From assembly GCF_000485595.1 (NCBI RefSeq), contig NW_014577076.1:1-64000 (forward strand): a stretch of DNA of 64,000 bases, given 5' to 3'. This stretch comes from Priapulus caudatus. Lineage: Eukaryota. Position 1 is the first letter of the stretch. Every line of letters starts with the position of its first letter. The notes below the pieces were generated by a model that worked only from the letters and a program-made list of their open reading frames with translations, did no database searches and was not told where the DNA came from. Made by a program: the position numbers and the translations under genes. Positions 51,092 to 64,000 of this stretch are shown one piece after another.

Positions 51092-52135
51092 TTGGAAACT
51101 GTATGCTTTCCGAGTATCTGGAGCCAACGTCTTATAGACAGGGGCTGGTCAACACGTTGTGCTACTATTGTAAGGTATCACTATGCTAAGTCTACCATAC
51201 AGACATACACGTCGGTTATTCAAAAGTTTCATCAATATTGTATAGATAATGATTTGATGGCACAGTTTCCTACTACTGATGTTAGTAAGTTAACAGAGTT
51301 TATTATGAGTTTGGTTACAGGATCGAATCAACCTGGTCCTATTATTACAACTACATCAGCAGCATTGGAAGCACTGTATCGAGCGTATGGTATAGAGAAT
51401 CTGTTGAGTGAGAATTCTGATTTCCACTGTTTTAAGGATGCATTGATTAAATCCATTACTTTACGGCTTAGGGCCCGCCCACGCATCATGCCGCCGCATA
51501 AGTTTCTTGATTTGTTTATGGGTTGGCCACGTAATGAGTTATTGTCAGTCAAAGATTTGAGATTGAAGGTGGTCACGCTACTTGCAATTTGTATGATTGC
51601 CAGACCAAGCGATTTGTCACCAAATGGTGTTGTTCGTAAAGATATTGATGAGGATTATTCCTCGGCTCTAACGCTAGACGATGTAGAGTTTAAAGATGAT
51701 GGAAGTATGGTCATAACTGTAATGGGCACTAATTGAACTGATAAGAGTAGGGATGGTTTCGAGGTGCCTATTGGATGTAATTCTGAGGAAAATCTAAATC
51801 TTGTCAGTGCCTTGTCGCATTACATTCATCGTGGGCCTACATCTCACCTTCGCTCTACTAATAGAGCGATACTTTTGTCAGTCCAAAGGCCGTTTTCTCC
51901 AATATCATCTCAAACTGTTGGTAAGATACTGCAAGAGGCTATTAATCTAGCGGGTTTGTCGGGGTTCACACCAAAATATTTTAGACCTTCGGTAGCGACT
52001 GCAACTGTAACTAAAGGTTTTGACCCTGATAGAATTAGACAAATAGGTCGATGGAAAACTCGAGAGGTTTTTGAACAACATTACGTTCATTGTCGTGCAC
52101 CAAAATTATTTACAGACAAGTTGTTAACGGAGTAG
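51092..52135 (+). pseudogene. Tyrosine recombinase, one internal stop at 51734-51736
   Basis: AKSTIQTY N-terminal motif, LLAICMIARPSDL (catalytic R), PKYFRPS, IGRWK, FEQHYVH (catalytic Y). The two ORF pieces are in the same frame. Confidence 0.9.
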
Positions 52136-52790
52136 TTTTATTGATGGGTTTGATCTCTTAATGAGGCATTACAATGAATATGATTGTGTTGAGTAATATT
52201 ATAGGTTTTGTAAAAATTGGTATTTATACTCAACCCAATCATACATTGGTTAGGTGTCAGAACTATTAGATAGTGCTGACACCTACCGTTCTTGTACTAG
52301 CAGTAATTTGTATTTCTAAACTTGAAATATTTTATTTTGTTCGTATATTGTAATGTAATTTGTATTCCGTGACAATCGTTTGCGTTTACTGTTGGTGTCT
52401 AGAATAAAGGCATTACAATGAATATGATTGTGTTGAGTCATATCATAGGTTTTGTAAAAAAAAAACACCTATACACAATTTATATCCGCACATAACAGCT
52501 ATATACACAACTGATATCCGTACGTAACAGCTATAAACACTATATAGCCATGCATAACAGCTATATACAATTTATATCCCTACATAACAGCTATACACAG
52601 CTTATATCTGGACGGAAGAGCTATATACAGCTTATAATCGGATGTAAGAGCTATATACAGCCTCTAGCCGGACGTGAAAGCTATGTAAAGCACCTCCGAC
52701 TCGGATTCACGAACGCTTCGCTCGCGCTTCGATAACGCTACAATGCACGCAGCGACATATACGCCGCTACACATGTTACACTCGTTCGAC

Positions 52791-53269
<479 letters not shown>

Positions 53270-55099
53270 CTCCCCCTCTCTATATTCCAGTACCACTTCT
53301 TCGCAACCTGATTATAATAACTTGTATATCTGCGAGTAGGCGATGTCGACGACCATCCGATTCCATTGATCGTCATCTAACCGGACGCCCAACGCGCTAG
53401 CTGCAATACAACCGTATGCAAATTTCAGACATATAGCTAACTTTGTCGTGAGCTGCCTTGCCTCATCCCTAATCCCACGCTTGTCTGTGACCGTTGGATT
53501 AGTCGTGGTTGCGCCGCAAAACCGCGTCCAGTAACAGTGTCGGTGTCTAGAAGACGAGTGAATTTGTAATACTCTATTAGGTATTAATTTAAATAGTAGC
53601 GGAGCGCTGACCAGATTCCGTCGGGATTTATAATCTTTAAATGTCACATCTCCATGCAATTATATGTAGCGAAGCTCCCGCACACCTTATCGATTGACTT
53701 GAGGTAGAGATGCGCCGCGCTCCGTCAATGAGTGGCCCTCGCAGGAATACAGTAATCGTGAACATCGCATGCTGCGCACAAGCGCTGTAATATTAGCCGA
53801 CATCCTCGAGCAACGTGTACGCGCGTTTAAATGCGTAATGAAAAAACTCAGTTGAGCGTTTCAATATTAGTAATTCGCATGAGTTGACACCGTAAATTCT
53901 GCGGAGTTACCCGATTGCGCGTCGTGACGTTTGTGGAGTGATGTAGAACATAATTGTTGAAACATTATATGCGTCATGGTTGAGCGACAAGATTAATTGC
54001 TTTATTATGTTCATGAAAGCACAATAAAGACAATGCTTACTAAGTACCGGTGATCAGATTTAAACAGCTACGTATGTATTAACAATAAACACACTCTAAA
54101 ACATGCAAGTGGCTCGCCCACTAGTGAATTCTAACCGCACTGAATAGAAATACTTAATTAGATTTACTGGACCCGCGAAAACTATAATATTTCAATTGCC
54201 ATGCCTGAAAGCTCTTGTCATAGAATCATGGCAACGATAATATCCGGATTATAAAACAGCAGTTGAAATCACCTTAGGAACAATAATTACGTAATACCTA
54301 GATAAACACAATCAACACAAAAGCATGCGATATATCAACGTCATCGGTCATTGTATGCTGCGTGCGTAAGAATAATAAATCGATTAAATTATTGTTCACT
54401 TCGCATGCACAAGGGCTATACTATATATAATATATAATATAATTATAATGTATTTCTATTCTGTATAACTCGTCGTTGTTGTGCTCTGAATAATCGCTCG
54501 TAGCTTGTTATACACTGAACTGCATGCTTATTTCAATACCCTGCATACCTTACGATGTATATATGTACCGTGTACATATCATAGACAGAACACCCTATTA
54601 TCTGGTGAAACTGGTTTGGTGTAACAGCTGCTAAAGTAATATGGGTTTATTTGGGACTGAGACATATCCAGGTGCATCTGCAGGAATGGCGCCACTCTAC
54701 TATCGTCAACACTACATCCCTTTCCTCCTTGGATGAACGACAGTCTAACTTTAAGACTTCTGACTGTAACTTGGGATATGCCCGGTGATGATCTAAGAAT
54801 TTGAATTAGGTAGAAGTTACACAGTCTGTAACGCAAAGTAAAAGTTCAACTAGCGCGAAGTAAACGAGTTCAAATAACGCGAAATAAACAAGTGCAAATA
54901 ACTTGCATGGGACTATGCAGAGAGTGAACAGTCTAAATTACTCGTATGCTAATTGAAACAGTCTAGGTTACTAATACACGAAGATCTACAGAATATAGAT
55001 TAGGCGGTAACTTAGGTACTTCGAAGGCGTATGAGAGCAAGCGCAGTAGCTAGGTGAGAAGTCACTAGCACATCACCCTAGTCTACAGTTCTGGCACAA

Positions 55100-58000
55100 A
55101 CACACTATGCGTATATGTATACATCCTTGAAGTCGGACCGGAAGTTTCCGTTCTCTCGTGAACGACGAACATGCGGTTGTCGAAGACAAGATCTCAGGGG
55201 AGGTCCATCCACGTGTCCTGTGGAGCGCGAATTGGCGGATCTCCAATCACGTCATCATCATCGTCTCGATGATCTCTCGGCGGATAAGCTGCGGTATCGG
55301 CTTGAAGAACGCTGTGTTCCGTGTGATGCGCTTATTCTCGTTCGACGCGGTTATCATAGAGCCTTTACGACTCTCCACAGTCAGCGGTTTAGGATCGAAG
55401 TGCGGAGACAACTTATGGTACGTTGCTGTTGACTAAGACGGTGTCTCCTGGCTGGATCTCATTTCCTTTGCATTCCGTCTGTTGTCAGCGTATTCCTTCA
55501 TCCTTTCTTTCTGGTGAGCATCTCTCTCCTTGATCTTCTGTCGAATATCTGGCATTCAGGCAACACTCTGGCTGGTAGCTGTGGTAGTTCACTTGTAGTG
55601 GTTACACGAAAACGTCTACCATACAGCGTTCGGCTGGCGGAACTCCAGTAGTGGCATGTGGCGTCGCGCGGTATTGTCTTAGGAAACGGAAAAGTTCCTG
55701 TTTCCAATTCTTTCCTTCAAGATTCGCGATGCGTACGATTTCAGCAGAGTGTCCATGAACCTTTCACACCACCATTGGCTTGAGGCCACAATGGGGTGAC
55801 TTTCCGATGTTTGAATCCAGGTCAGCTGCGAAGCTTGCGAAATCTTGACCTTGGAACGGAGGTCCATTGTCGGACTTGACGACTTCAGGTATTCCCTGGC
55901 GTGAGAAAATACCATCGAGCTTTGGTATGACAGTCTTTGCAGCAGTGGACGAGACTATTTCGATCTTCCGGAAGCGACTATAGTCATCAGTTACAACAAG
56001 TAGCATCTCGCTTGATGGTAGAGGTCCATTGAAGTCCACAGACACTTCAGCCCAAGGTTCGGCTGGAGCGGTGACATGATGAGAGGGTTCTGGCGTGTTC
56101 GGCCTTCCGAGTTACAGCTTGACATGGAATGCAGCGAGCAATCATGTCTTCCACCATTCGATCAATCCCTGGAAACCAAACTTTCTCTCGCAGTAGGGCT
56201 TTCGTACGTACGATTCCCTGGTGTCCGATATGAGCGAGTTGTACTACCCTGTCGCACAAAGATTCGGGTACTACGATTCTGGTTCCACGGAGTATGATAC
56301 CATCACTGCTTGCGAATTCGTCCCGTATCTTCCTGTACGGTTGTAGGTCTGCATCATTCCACTTTCCATCTCGTAAGCTTCTAACTTTGACGAGTACAGG
56401 ATCAGCGGATGTGGCTTCAGCGATGCTTTCGATAGACATAGACTTTGGGACTGCATTCTCGGCTACAAAGTTGATGTACTCTTCAGCTTCAGAAACTGTA
56501 GGCGGCTTTCCAACAGGATGGCGACTGATAAAATCAGCTGGGTTTTGTTCATCTCGGCCTGGCCGATACTTGAGCGTGTAGTCGTACGGCATAAGTCTGA
56601 GACGCCAACGTTCCATTCGAGCAGATGCTTGCTGTAACGCTGAAGATTCCGAGTAATGGTTTGTGATCAGTGTAGATGACAAACTTTGCTCGTATAAGTA
56701 CAAGTGATAATGTTCCACTGCCCACACAACTGCTAGCATCTCACGTTCTGTCTGCGAGTATCTCGATTCTACGTCGGTTAACGCTCTACTGCCATAACTC
56801 ACGACTCTGTTGTCCTGCGATAGGATTGCTCCGAGACCCTTAGGACTGGCGTCAACGCGGCGAGCTCGGTGTCCTTTCTTGGATCGAAATACGTAACTAC
56901 TGATGCTCCCTTTGAGGGCTTCTTTCAACCTAGTGAGAGCAGTCTCTTGTTCTTCACCCCATGTCCATTCGACGTCGTTGTGCGTTAGCTTTCTCAGAGG
57001 ACCGGTGATTGATGCGTATCCTTCAATGAAACGTGACAAGTACTGGGTCATCCCCAATAGCGATCTGAGTTCAGTGGCATTCTGCGGCGGCGGCGCGTTG
57101 GTAACTGCATCGAGTTTTGACGGGTCAGGGTGAATTCCCTTGCTACTGAAGATATGGCCGTAGAATTTTACCTTAGGAACGCGGAAATGGCATTTGGCAA
57201 GTTGAGGCGGATCCCATTGTCTTCCAGTTTCCGGAGTGCTTCGTGAAGACATGCGTCATGTTCCTGGGTATCCTTCCCTCCAACGATTACATCATCTGAA
57301 ATGTTCCTACAACCTGGCAGATCGTGAAGAATGCTTGCGACTACATTCTGAAATATCTCCGGAGCGGCGTTCACTCCAAAGAAGAGACGTTTGTAACGTC
57401 GGAGTCCAACATGAGTGCTGAACGTAGTGATGTATCTACTCTCGGCGACAGTTCCAGTTGATGATATGCGTTGCTCAAGTCGAATGTGCTAAAAACTGTG
57501 CATCCATTTAAGTCAGCGATGACATCATCTATGGTAGGCATAACGTGTCTTTCGCGCTGAATCGCTTGATTCGCTGCTCGCATGTCTACACACACGCGAA
57601 TGTTACCATTTTTCTTCGGAACAGGTACTATTGGACTAACCCAAGGGGTCGGCCCTTCAACGGTTTCGATAATGTCAAGTTCTTCCAAACGCTTGATCTC
57701 TTCTGCAACTTTCCCGCGTACATGAAACGGAATGCGGCGATGCTTTTGCTGTCGAGGCTGTACGGAGCATCGATGTGTAGCTTGACTTGTTGATCCTTCA
57801 CTTTACCATGCCTGGACCGAACAATTTCGGATACTTCTTGACGATTTCCTCCTTCAAAACAGTGTCTCCGTCGATCGAGACTTGTTGCAGGTTAGATTGG
57901 CCAGCATTTGCATGATGCCCAACAGGTTTGCGTCTTGAAGCTTAGGAGGTTTGACCTTCACCTTGAAACACGAAAAAGTCTGCGGGGCAGACTTAGTGCC

Positions 58001-58200
58001 ATACTGAATGATCGCAGTGAAAGTTCCACGAATTGCAGGTTTCATGTCACCATAGGCATAGACAGCGGTTGACGGTGTGTCAAGTTTCACGGGACTGACC
58101 ACTGATCGCGAAAATGTTGTAGACTTGGCTATCTATAACATTGACTGACGCGCCAGTACAACCATCATATCAAGAGTGAAGTTCCACGATCACCTGGATT
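55100..58200 (-). pseudogene. pol: pol of Gypsy D (PR, RT, RNase H, integrase), many frameshifts
   Basis: TGASVNVI, WVSPIVPVPKKNGNIRVCVDMR, NISDDVIV, VDASPKGLGA, YSQTEREML, HIGHQG..C..C, VDFNGP, SDNGPPF. Confidence 0.93.
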
Positions 58201-58339
58201 CAGATTCTGCGGCTAATTTGACAGTGCGCGTTAGCTGTTGGCGATCACTTGCGACGTATGCGACTTCCTTTCGAATCGAGAAGAAATATTCATCCTCAAA
58301 AGATATCAGCGAGTTGAACAGAATGAACAGAAGCCTGCG

Positions 58340-59221
58340 GTTTGGTCCACGAGACGTTTGATGACGCACTTGATCGACATACGATAGCGAAATGTCCTAC
58401 TTTCCCACATGCGGTGCAGTCTTTGTCAGTAGCTGGGCAGCGGAATCCCTTTCTGATGAGGTTGAGAGCGACCACAGAAGAAACAGGTAACGTTACGACG
58501 TTTGTCGACCGTACTTGGATGTGGACGCCACTATCGTGATGATGCTGAGGAGTTTGGCTTCGATTGCGGCCTCGCTGCGACGAATGTCGATCTCGTGATG
58601 ACGATCGGTGTTTACGCTGGTTTCCATGGCGTTCTTCAGCGTGATGACCATGGTCTGCAACGTGATGGACAGTAGCTTGACTCTGTCCGCGACTCTACCT
58701 CGCAGCTTGGGCGTCGCGATTTCCAACCCTCTGGCTGTCTTGATCATGTCGTCCAAATCCATCTCTGTGCGAAGTGCACGGCGGCGTAAAACTTGCGATG
58801 AGCCAGCAAGTATGATCTGGTTTGCGATTTCGCGATCGGCCTCAGCGAAACCACACGTTTTCGCAAGTGCCCGGAGCCTAGTAACGTAGGCATCAACGTT
58901 TTCGTTTGCATTTTGACTGCATTGACGAAAGTTATACACTTCAAAAGCTGTGTTGGTTCTGGGCGTGAAATAATCCGTAAGGGCTTTACTGGCCTGTTTA
59001 AAAATGTCGACTTCGGCTGTAGCGGCCGGCACAGTCAGTGTATCGTAGATTTCGTCCACTTCAGGTCCTCCATAGTGTAGGAGAAGCGCCTGCATGCGAG
59101 TAGCATCTGTGATGTCAAGCGCCGTCATTAGTCTGTTGAATCTTGCGAGCCATTTGGTCCATCTAGGCCCGATATTGCCATCAGAATTGACGTCAAACTT
59201 TGCGAATTCTGGTAAAGACAT
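58340..59221 (-). pseudogene. gag: gag of Gypsy D
   Basis: PRWTKWLARF..ALLLHYGG, FRQCSQ..ENVDAYVTRLRALAKTCGF; frameshifted zinc knuckle CPATDKDCTACGKVGHFAIVCRS at ~58370-58440. Confidence 0.9.
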
Positions 59222-59955
59222 CCTCGTCGCCAGTGTTATGTTTATAGACTAGTTAAAGATAGACGATTATTAGTCACAAAACATGATTTTATTGTTACTC
59301 AGTTGACACGCTTCTTGTCATGGGCGCAGCCATGTTTTCACCCTCTAGTTCCAGCTCTCACCATCCCAGTAGTCAGCGCCACTCTACTATCGTCAACACT
59401 ACAGGGGGGGTTCCGGTCGTCCAGTGAGAGATACGGAGGGGGGGAATGCCGGTCACGAAGGGAGAAGTGAGAAGTAGGAAGTAATAAGTAGGAAGTAATA
59501 AGTATTTATTAGGTAACGCTTGCTATAGTCTCGCGTCACACATCTACCAACACAGCGACAGCAGCACGTTCACTCCGAGCCAGACTCGAGTCATCATCGC
59601 GCGCGATTCGACGCGTAAGACCATCACGCCACGGTAACACGCGAACTAATAATTACTACGTGCGATTTAAACGCCAGTGCCTATACATGACAAATAAGTT
59701 CGAATAACAGATCACTTCGCTATACTGTATAGACTGTCTAACGAGCGTCGACCTCGCGGTGGCAACCCCTGGTGTACAAAATATGCGGAAGCTTGATTCT
59801 CGGGGTGAATGCAAATTGTTGAGGAACAACCCGCGAGTGTCAGCATTACGCCGTTAGCTTAAACTGTAGTAATGCGAGTGTTTATACAAGCTCACTCACA
59901 ACCTCCGATGTGTCTGCGCACACTCACTGCTCACGCTAGCTACATATAATTATCA

Positions 59956-60220
59956 CACCATCAGTATACAGCCATCTACATCAGCTAACAACAGACGCCA
60001 GCTATATTATTACACCATCAGTATACAGCCATCAGCTAACAACACACGCCAGCTATATTATTACACCATCAGTATACAGCCATCAGCTAACAACATACGC
60101 CAGCTATATTATTACACCATCGCATCAGTATACAGCCATCTGATCTGCATCAGCTAATAACACACGCCAGCCATATTATTACACCATCCGTATACAGACA
60201 TCAGCTAATAACACACACAG
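59956..60220. repeat. ~51-bp minisatellite, about 5 copies
   Basis: ACACCATCAGTATACAGCCATCAGCTAACAACACACGCCAGCTATATTATT at 51-bp spacing (60012, 60063, 60114). Confidence 0.93.
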
Positions 60221-60637
60221 AACACTGATACACTATAATGGATGTCTCAGTCTGACATATTCCAAACACGCTGGTAACCGTAACGTACCTATTTATTCCG
60301 ACCTAGCTCTAGTAATGTACGCGCACTACGGAGAACTGATACCAATCATACCACAAATCCCGAACACTCTAGTAATTATGCACATATATGCACGATTGAT
60401 TACGGACACATTCTAAACACAGATGCACCGCCATAACCTCCGGCGTGTCTGCCTCTTTTCGCGCCGTTTTCTGCCTATTGTTTCCACTTCCTGGAACAGT
60501 CATCGCGGAGGGTACACACAAATGGTTCATTGCGGGACACCCCTCACTAGCGCCATCTCTCGTGAGATAAAACTGTAACACCCACTACAGAAACGCACGA
60601 TACTAAAAGCGAATCTGCTACATATCTATCCATCTGC

Positions 60638-60671
<34 letters not shown>

Positions 60672-61523
60672 CTCTCTCCCTCTTTATATATTAAAATATT
60701 TCAGTAGGTATAGATATAACTACTATTTCATGCTATAACGCACAAGTTCCTATTTTTAACTTACACTTTAAAAAATCTTTTACACAAAGCCTTTGGCCCC
60801 CTACTCACAATGGGAATTTAAAATCCCCCTTCTGACATGGGCCTTAGCCCCATACCACCCCGCCGGGCACATTGTCACCTTCGCCGTCGAGGATTTCGGA
60901 CCTACCCACATTGGATTCTTAGTCCTTGTTTCGGACAATCTTTGATGCTACTATTGCATACCTGTTCTTCACCAGTGATCAGCTAATATGCTGCAATATC
61001 CAACTTTAATGTGCGCATGTCAGTATATGTATCGCTGCTCATAGCTCTGTAATCCCTGGTTGGTGTCATACGCGCCACTCTTGCTCCGTGTCAAATTATA
61101 CACAGACTGTTGATAACGTCAGCAATAAGCAGAGTATTAGTGGTGCGCGTAGGAGAGAGTGAAAGTGGAGTCATCGGCGATGCAAGCCGAAAAAAAGACA
61201 TCCTGCTCTGCAAACGCAGTTATATTGTTTGCGGAATATTTCCGGCACTATACATAGAACCCCATCGTTTTGATTATGGAAACGAAAGGCACCATGAAGA
61301 ATAACGCGACGGCGAAGGGTGGCAGATCTCCGGCAAAGAAAGCTGCACACTCACAATACTTGATGAATTCGCGGCCCTTGCTAATAATTGCCAATAGCGA
61401 TCGGATCATATCACGAACTCGAGCACAGGCGGAGACACCTATACACACATGCAACTGTATGTGGAGCGCCGCTGGTAGGCTAAGAGAAAAGAAAGGAATA
61501 GAGAGCCAATGGGGAAGAGACGG

Positions 61524-61595
61524 AGATAGCTAGATAGCTAGATAGCTAGATAAATAGATAGATAGATAGATAGATATATAGATAGATAGATAAAC

Positions 61596-61686
<91 letters not shown>

Positions 61687-62052
61687 ATAGATAGATAGAT
61701 AGATAGATAGGATAGATAGATACACTAGGATAGACTAGATAGAATAGACTAGATAGGATAGATAGATAATAGATAGTATAGATTTAGATTAGATAGATGA
61801 GATAGATAGATAGATTAGATAGATAGCTAGATAGATAGATAATGAATAGATAGATACGAGTGATAGATAGATAGATAGTAGAGTAGTAGTATAGATCAGA
61901 TAATAGATTAGATAGATTAGATAGATAGATTAGCAAGATAGATAGGTTGATAGATAGAGTAGACTAGCATAGATAGATTAAAGTAGTAGGATAGATTAGA
62001 ATGATAGCATAGATATGATAGATAGGACAGCGTAGATATGATAGATTAGATA
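61524..62052. repeat. (GATA)n microsatellite, becoming noisy
   Basis: Seen directly. Confidence 0.98.
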
Positions 62053-63349
62053 TGATTGTCCAGTTTGGCAGAATATTAGCGAACAAGAAATTTTAATAGT
62101 TCAGAGTTTTTTTAGTTGATGATGTATTATATCCATGTCTGGCGCATTTTTACTTTGTTCGGCGACCAAACTGCCACACTTTGGGAACATTTTTAATTAG
62201 CTAATTTGCATAATCACAATTGGCCAAAAATACAACTTTTTAAACCTAATAGCGCTATAGAATCATGTGAATTGATAGCTCTTTTCTATTAGGGTTAGGG
62301 GCCCAGTTTGACATCCATTTTGATGTTTACTGTTTCGCCGATTGAAGTCAGGATCAACCTATAAAAGTTAAGGTCAGGTCACTTTGGTTAAAATTACCCT
62401 AATTTCATCTTTCAACGGTAACTTGACTGAAAAATTATGTGTGGCCATGTGAAGCGTGTATTGAGTCCCCGTTAGTGATTGTTGATGCATAGTATATGAT
62501 TATTATTCATTTGGTTGATAAATTAAATAATGCTGGACCATATGGGTCAAGGTTACAATATGGGCGTTGTCAAAATACACTTTTTAATACCATGGACTAG
62601 AAATGCATTGTGATAACACTTTTCTACACAAGTTTGACTCAAGGAATCCATTTCTGAATGTTATTTTCGCAGTGTTTTAAGGTCACGTCTTAACCTATAA
62701 GGTCAAGCAGATCACGTTGGTGTCAACAATTGACGAAAGTTCGCCTGAATTTCCGGTTTAATAAAGTCAAAATTTCCACCATACGGAACTGTTCCGCATA
62801 TTTAATTGTGCGGGCGATGATGGGTAATAGTATGCTAATAGTAGTTATTATTATTTATTTTTGATAAATTCCTAATAATGTATGGGCCCATATGGATCAC
62901 GGTCTTGCATTGAGCGGTCAAGGAAATAATAATAAAAATGTTATCAAGATTTAATAACTATTTCACAGATAATATTGTTTCATTATTCATTTTAAACACA
63001 GTATTGTTAAGTGAACTATAGCTCCACCCCTATACTCTTTACCTGCTTTATAAAACATGGACAGATTGTTAGAGCGTTACTGCAACGTCACACGTCAGCG
63101 TGCCCTACAACAACAGTCAGGTTAAAGCAACCCAACACATTTGCTGAACAAAATATATGCAATTAAAGTATATTTAGGACGAAATCAATGGACTAAATAG
63201 ATATTTGAAGCGAAAAACAATCTCTAAGAAAACCATGACTATTGCAACATAAATTTTTGTGCGGTGATTTGAACTCTCAGATGGTTCTGTGAGGTTCTTT
63301 TCTGAAATCAACCCTCAGCTCTATCGTCTTCTTGCTTCCGATCTTCTGA

Positions 63350-64000
63350 ATCAAACTCAATGCCTCGTCTCATCCTTATCATCCGCCTCCTTACTTGGGA
63401 GATGTGTTGCAGCACGCATCACCGATTGTTGCCAGATCCCCGGCTGTAGTTCTGTGCAGCTGAGTTTTTTACCGGTGACACGATACATTAGCTTCTTTGC
63501 ATGCACCTCGCCCATTTGCTTGACGTCAGCCAGATCACATTCATCAGAAGCGGTGGTACAGTGTGCCACTATCAATGCGAAGGACAAGTATCCCATCCTA
63601 GGGTTCCTGAGATTGGTAGAACATCTGGAGACCGCCTCGATGTTCGGCAGCCTGTCCAAGGTGGGCACGTACGCACTGGTGGTAGACGATTTCTGGTCTA
63701 TGTCTGCGGCAGTGCCATATACTCAAGTGACATGATGCGCAGTGGTTTTCTCCACCGTTTACGGGTGCTATAGATTGTAAGCGAGGCATTGAGTCATGGG
63801 ACGGTGCTCACTTGCCACGGTTGTCCATACTAAGTGCTGCAAAGATTTTTGAATTGCTTGCCCAAACGCCATCAGGTCCGTCGGTCCGCCATCCAGTTGG
63901 CCCCAACCTCTCTTTACTCAACCACGTTCAACAAATCCAACTGACCTCATCTTCTTACTGCGTGGCACTGCAGCTTTTCCTAGTATGAATGACTTCTTTT
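63350..64000 (-). pseudogene. Degraded C-terminus of a DNA-transposon protein (Academ-like/CXC-tailed), tentative
   Basis: Frameshifted pieces HQCVRAHL.QAA, P.MG, KKLSCTEL and an acidic tail, in the order typical of the H..RA..Q...W/GW/Cys-rich tail. The sequence is noisy. Confidence 0.4.

Larger units (their letters stand above)
48208..52465 (+). mobile_element. Tyrosine-recombinase retrotransposon with split direct repeats (PAT-like DIRS), complete but decayed
   Basis: A1 48208-48295, B1 52164-52216, A2 52217-52306, B2 52408-52465. Internal ORF1, RT, RNase H, methyltransferase-like and YR domains. No TSD. Confidence 0.93.
54689..59403 (-). mobile_element. Ty3/Gypsy LTR retrotransposon D, frameshifted
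   Basis: 5' LTR 59234-59403 (TGTAGTG...CATAACA), PBS TGGCGACGAGG running into the gag ATG, PPT AAGGAGGAAAGGGA at 54730-54717, and a 28-bp LTR match at 54689-54716. Confidence 0.93.

Noticed and set aside
51092..52135. Tyrosine recombinase and methyltransferase as prophage or bacterial contamination
   Set aside because: They are linked to DIRS-type RT/RNase H and enclosed by split direct repeats in a eukaryotic context.
53312..53830. Minus-strand ORFs as the missing GPCR TM1-4 exons
   Set aside because: No GN, LAxxD or DRY motifs and no convincing hydrophobic helices.
62050..63280. AT-rich stretch with scattered GGTCAAGG motifs as a defined transposon
   Set aside because: No termini or second copy can be identified in the window, and the sequence is noisy.

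Overview
Eukaryotic (metazoan, probably invertebrate; TTAGGG motifs, spliceosomal introns) repeat-rich genomic DNA from a draft assembly with N-gaps and several indel-riddled, apparently unpolished long-read stretches. The species cannot be determined from sequence alone. The only host gene I can support is the 3' half of a minus-strand rhodopsin-class GPCR resembling adenosine receptors (two exons, 35377-36223). The rest is mobile DNA and simple repeats. There are four Ty3/Gypsy LTR retrotransposons, one full-length with a 4-bp TSD and an extra 4.4-kb region after pol. There is one complete but decayed tyrosine-recombinase retrotransposon of PAT/DIRS type (split direct repeats; RT, RNase H, methyltransferase-like and YR domains) sitting in a minisatellite. 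A nested cluster runs foldback element > Helitron > Gypsy and also holds MITEs and a tRNA-Arg-like sequence. Many micro- and minisatellites and several block duplications that are probably assembly artefacts make up the remainder. No CRISPR, rRNA or prokaryotic system is present. All domain calls are by-eye motif recognition, not database searches.
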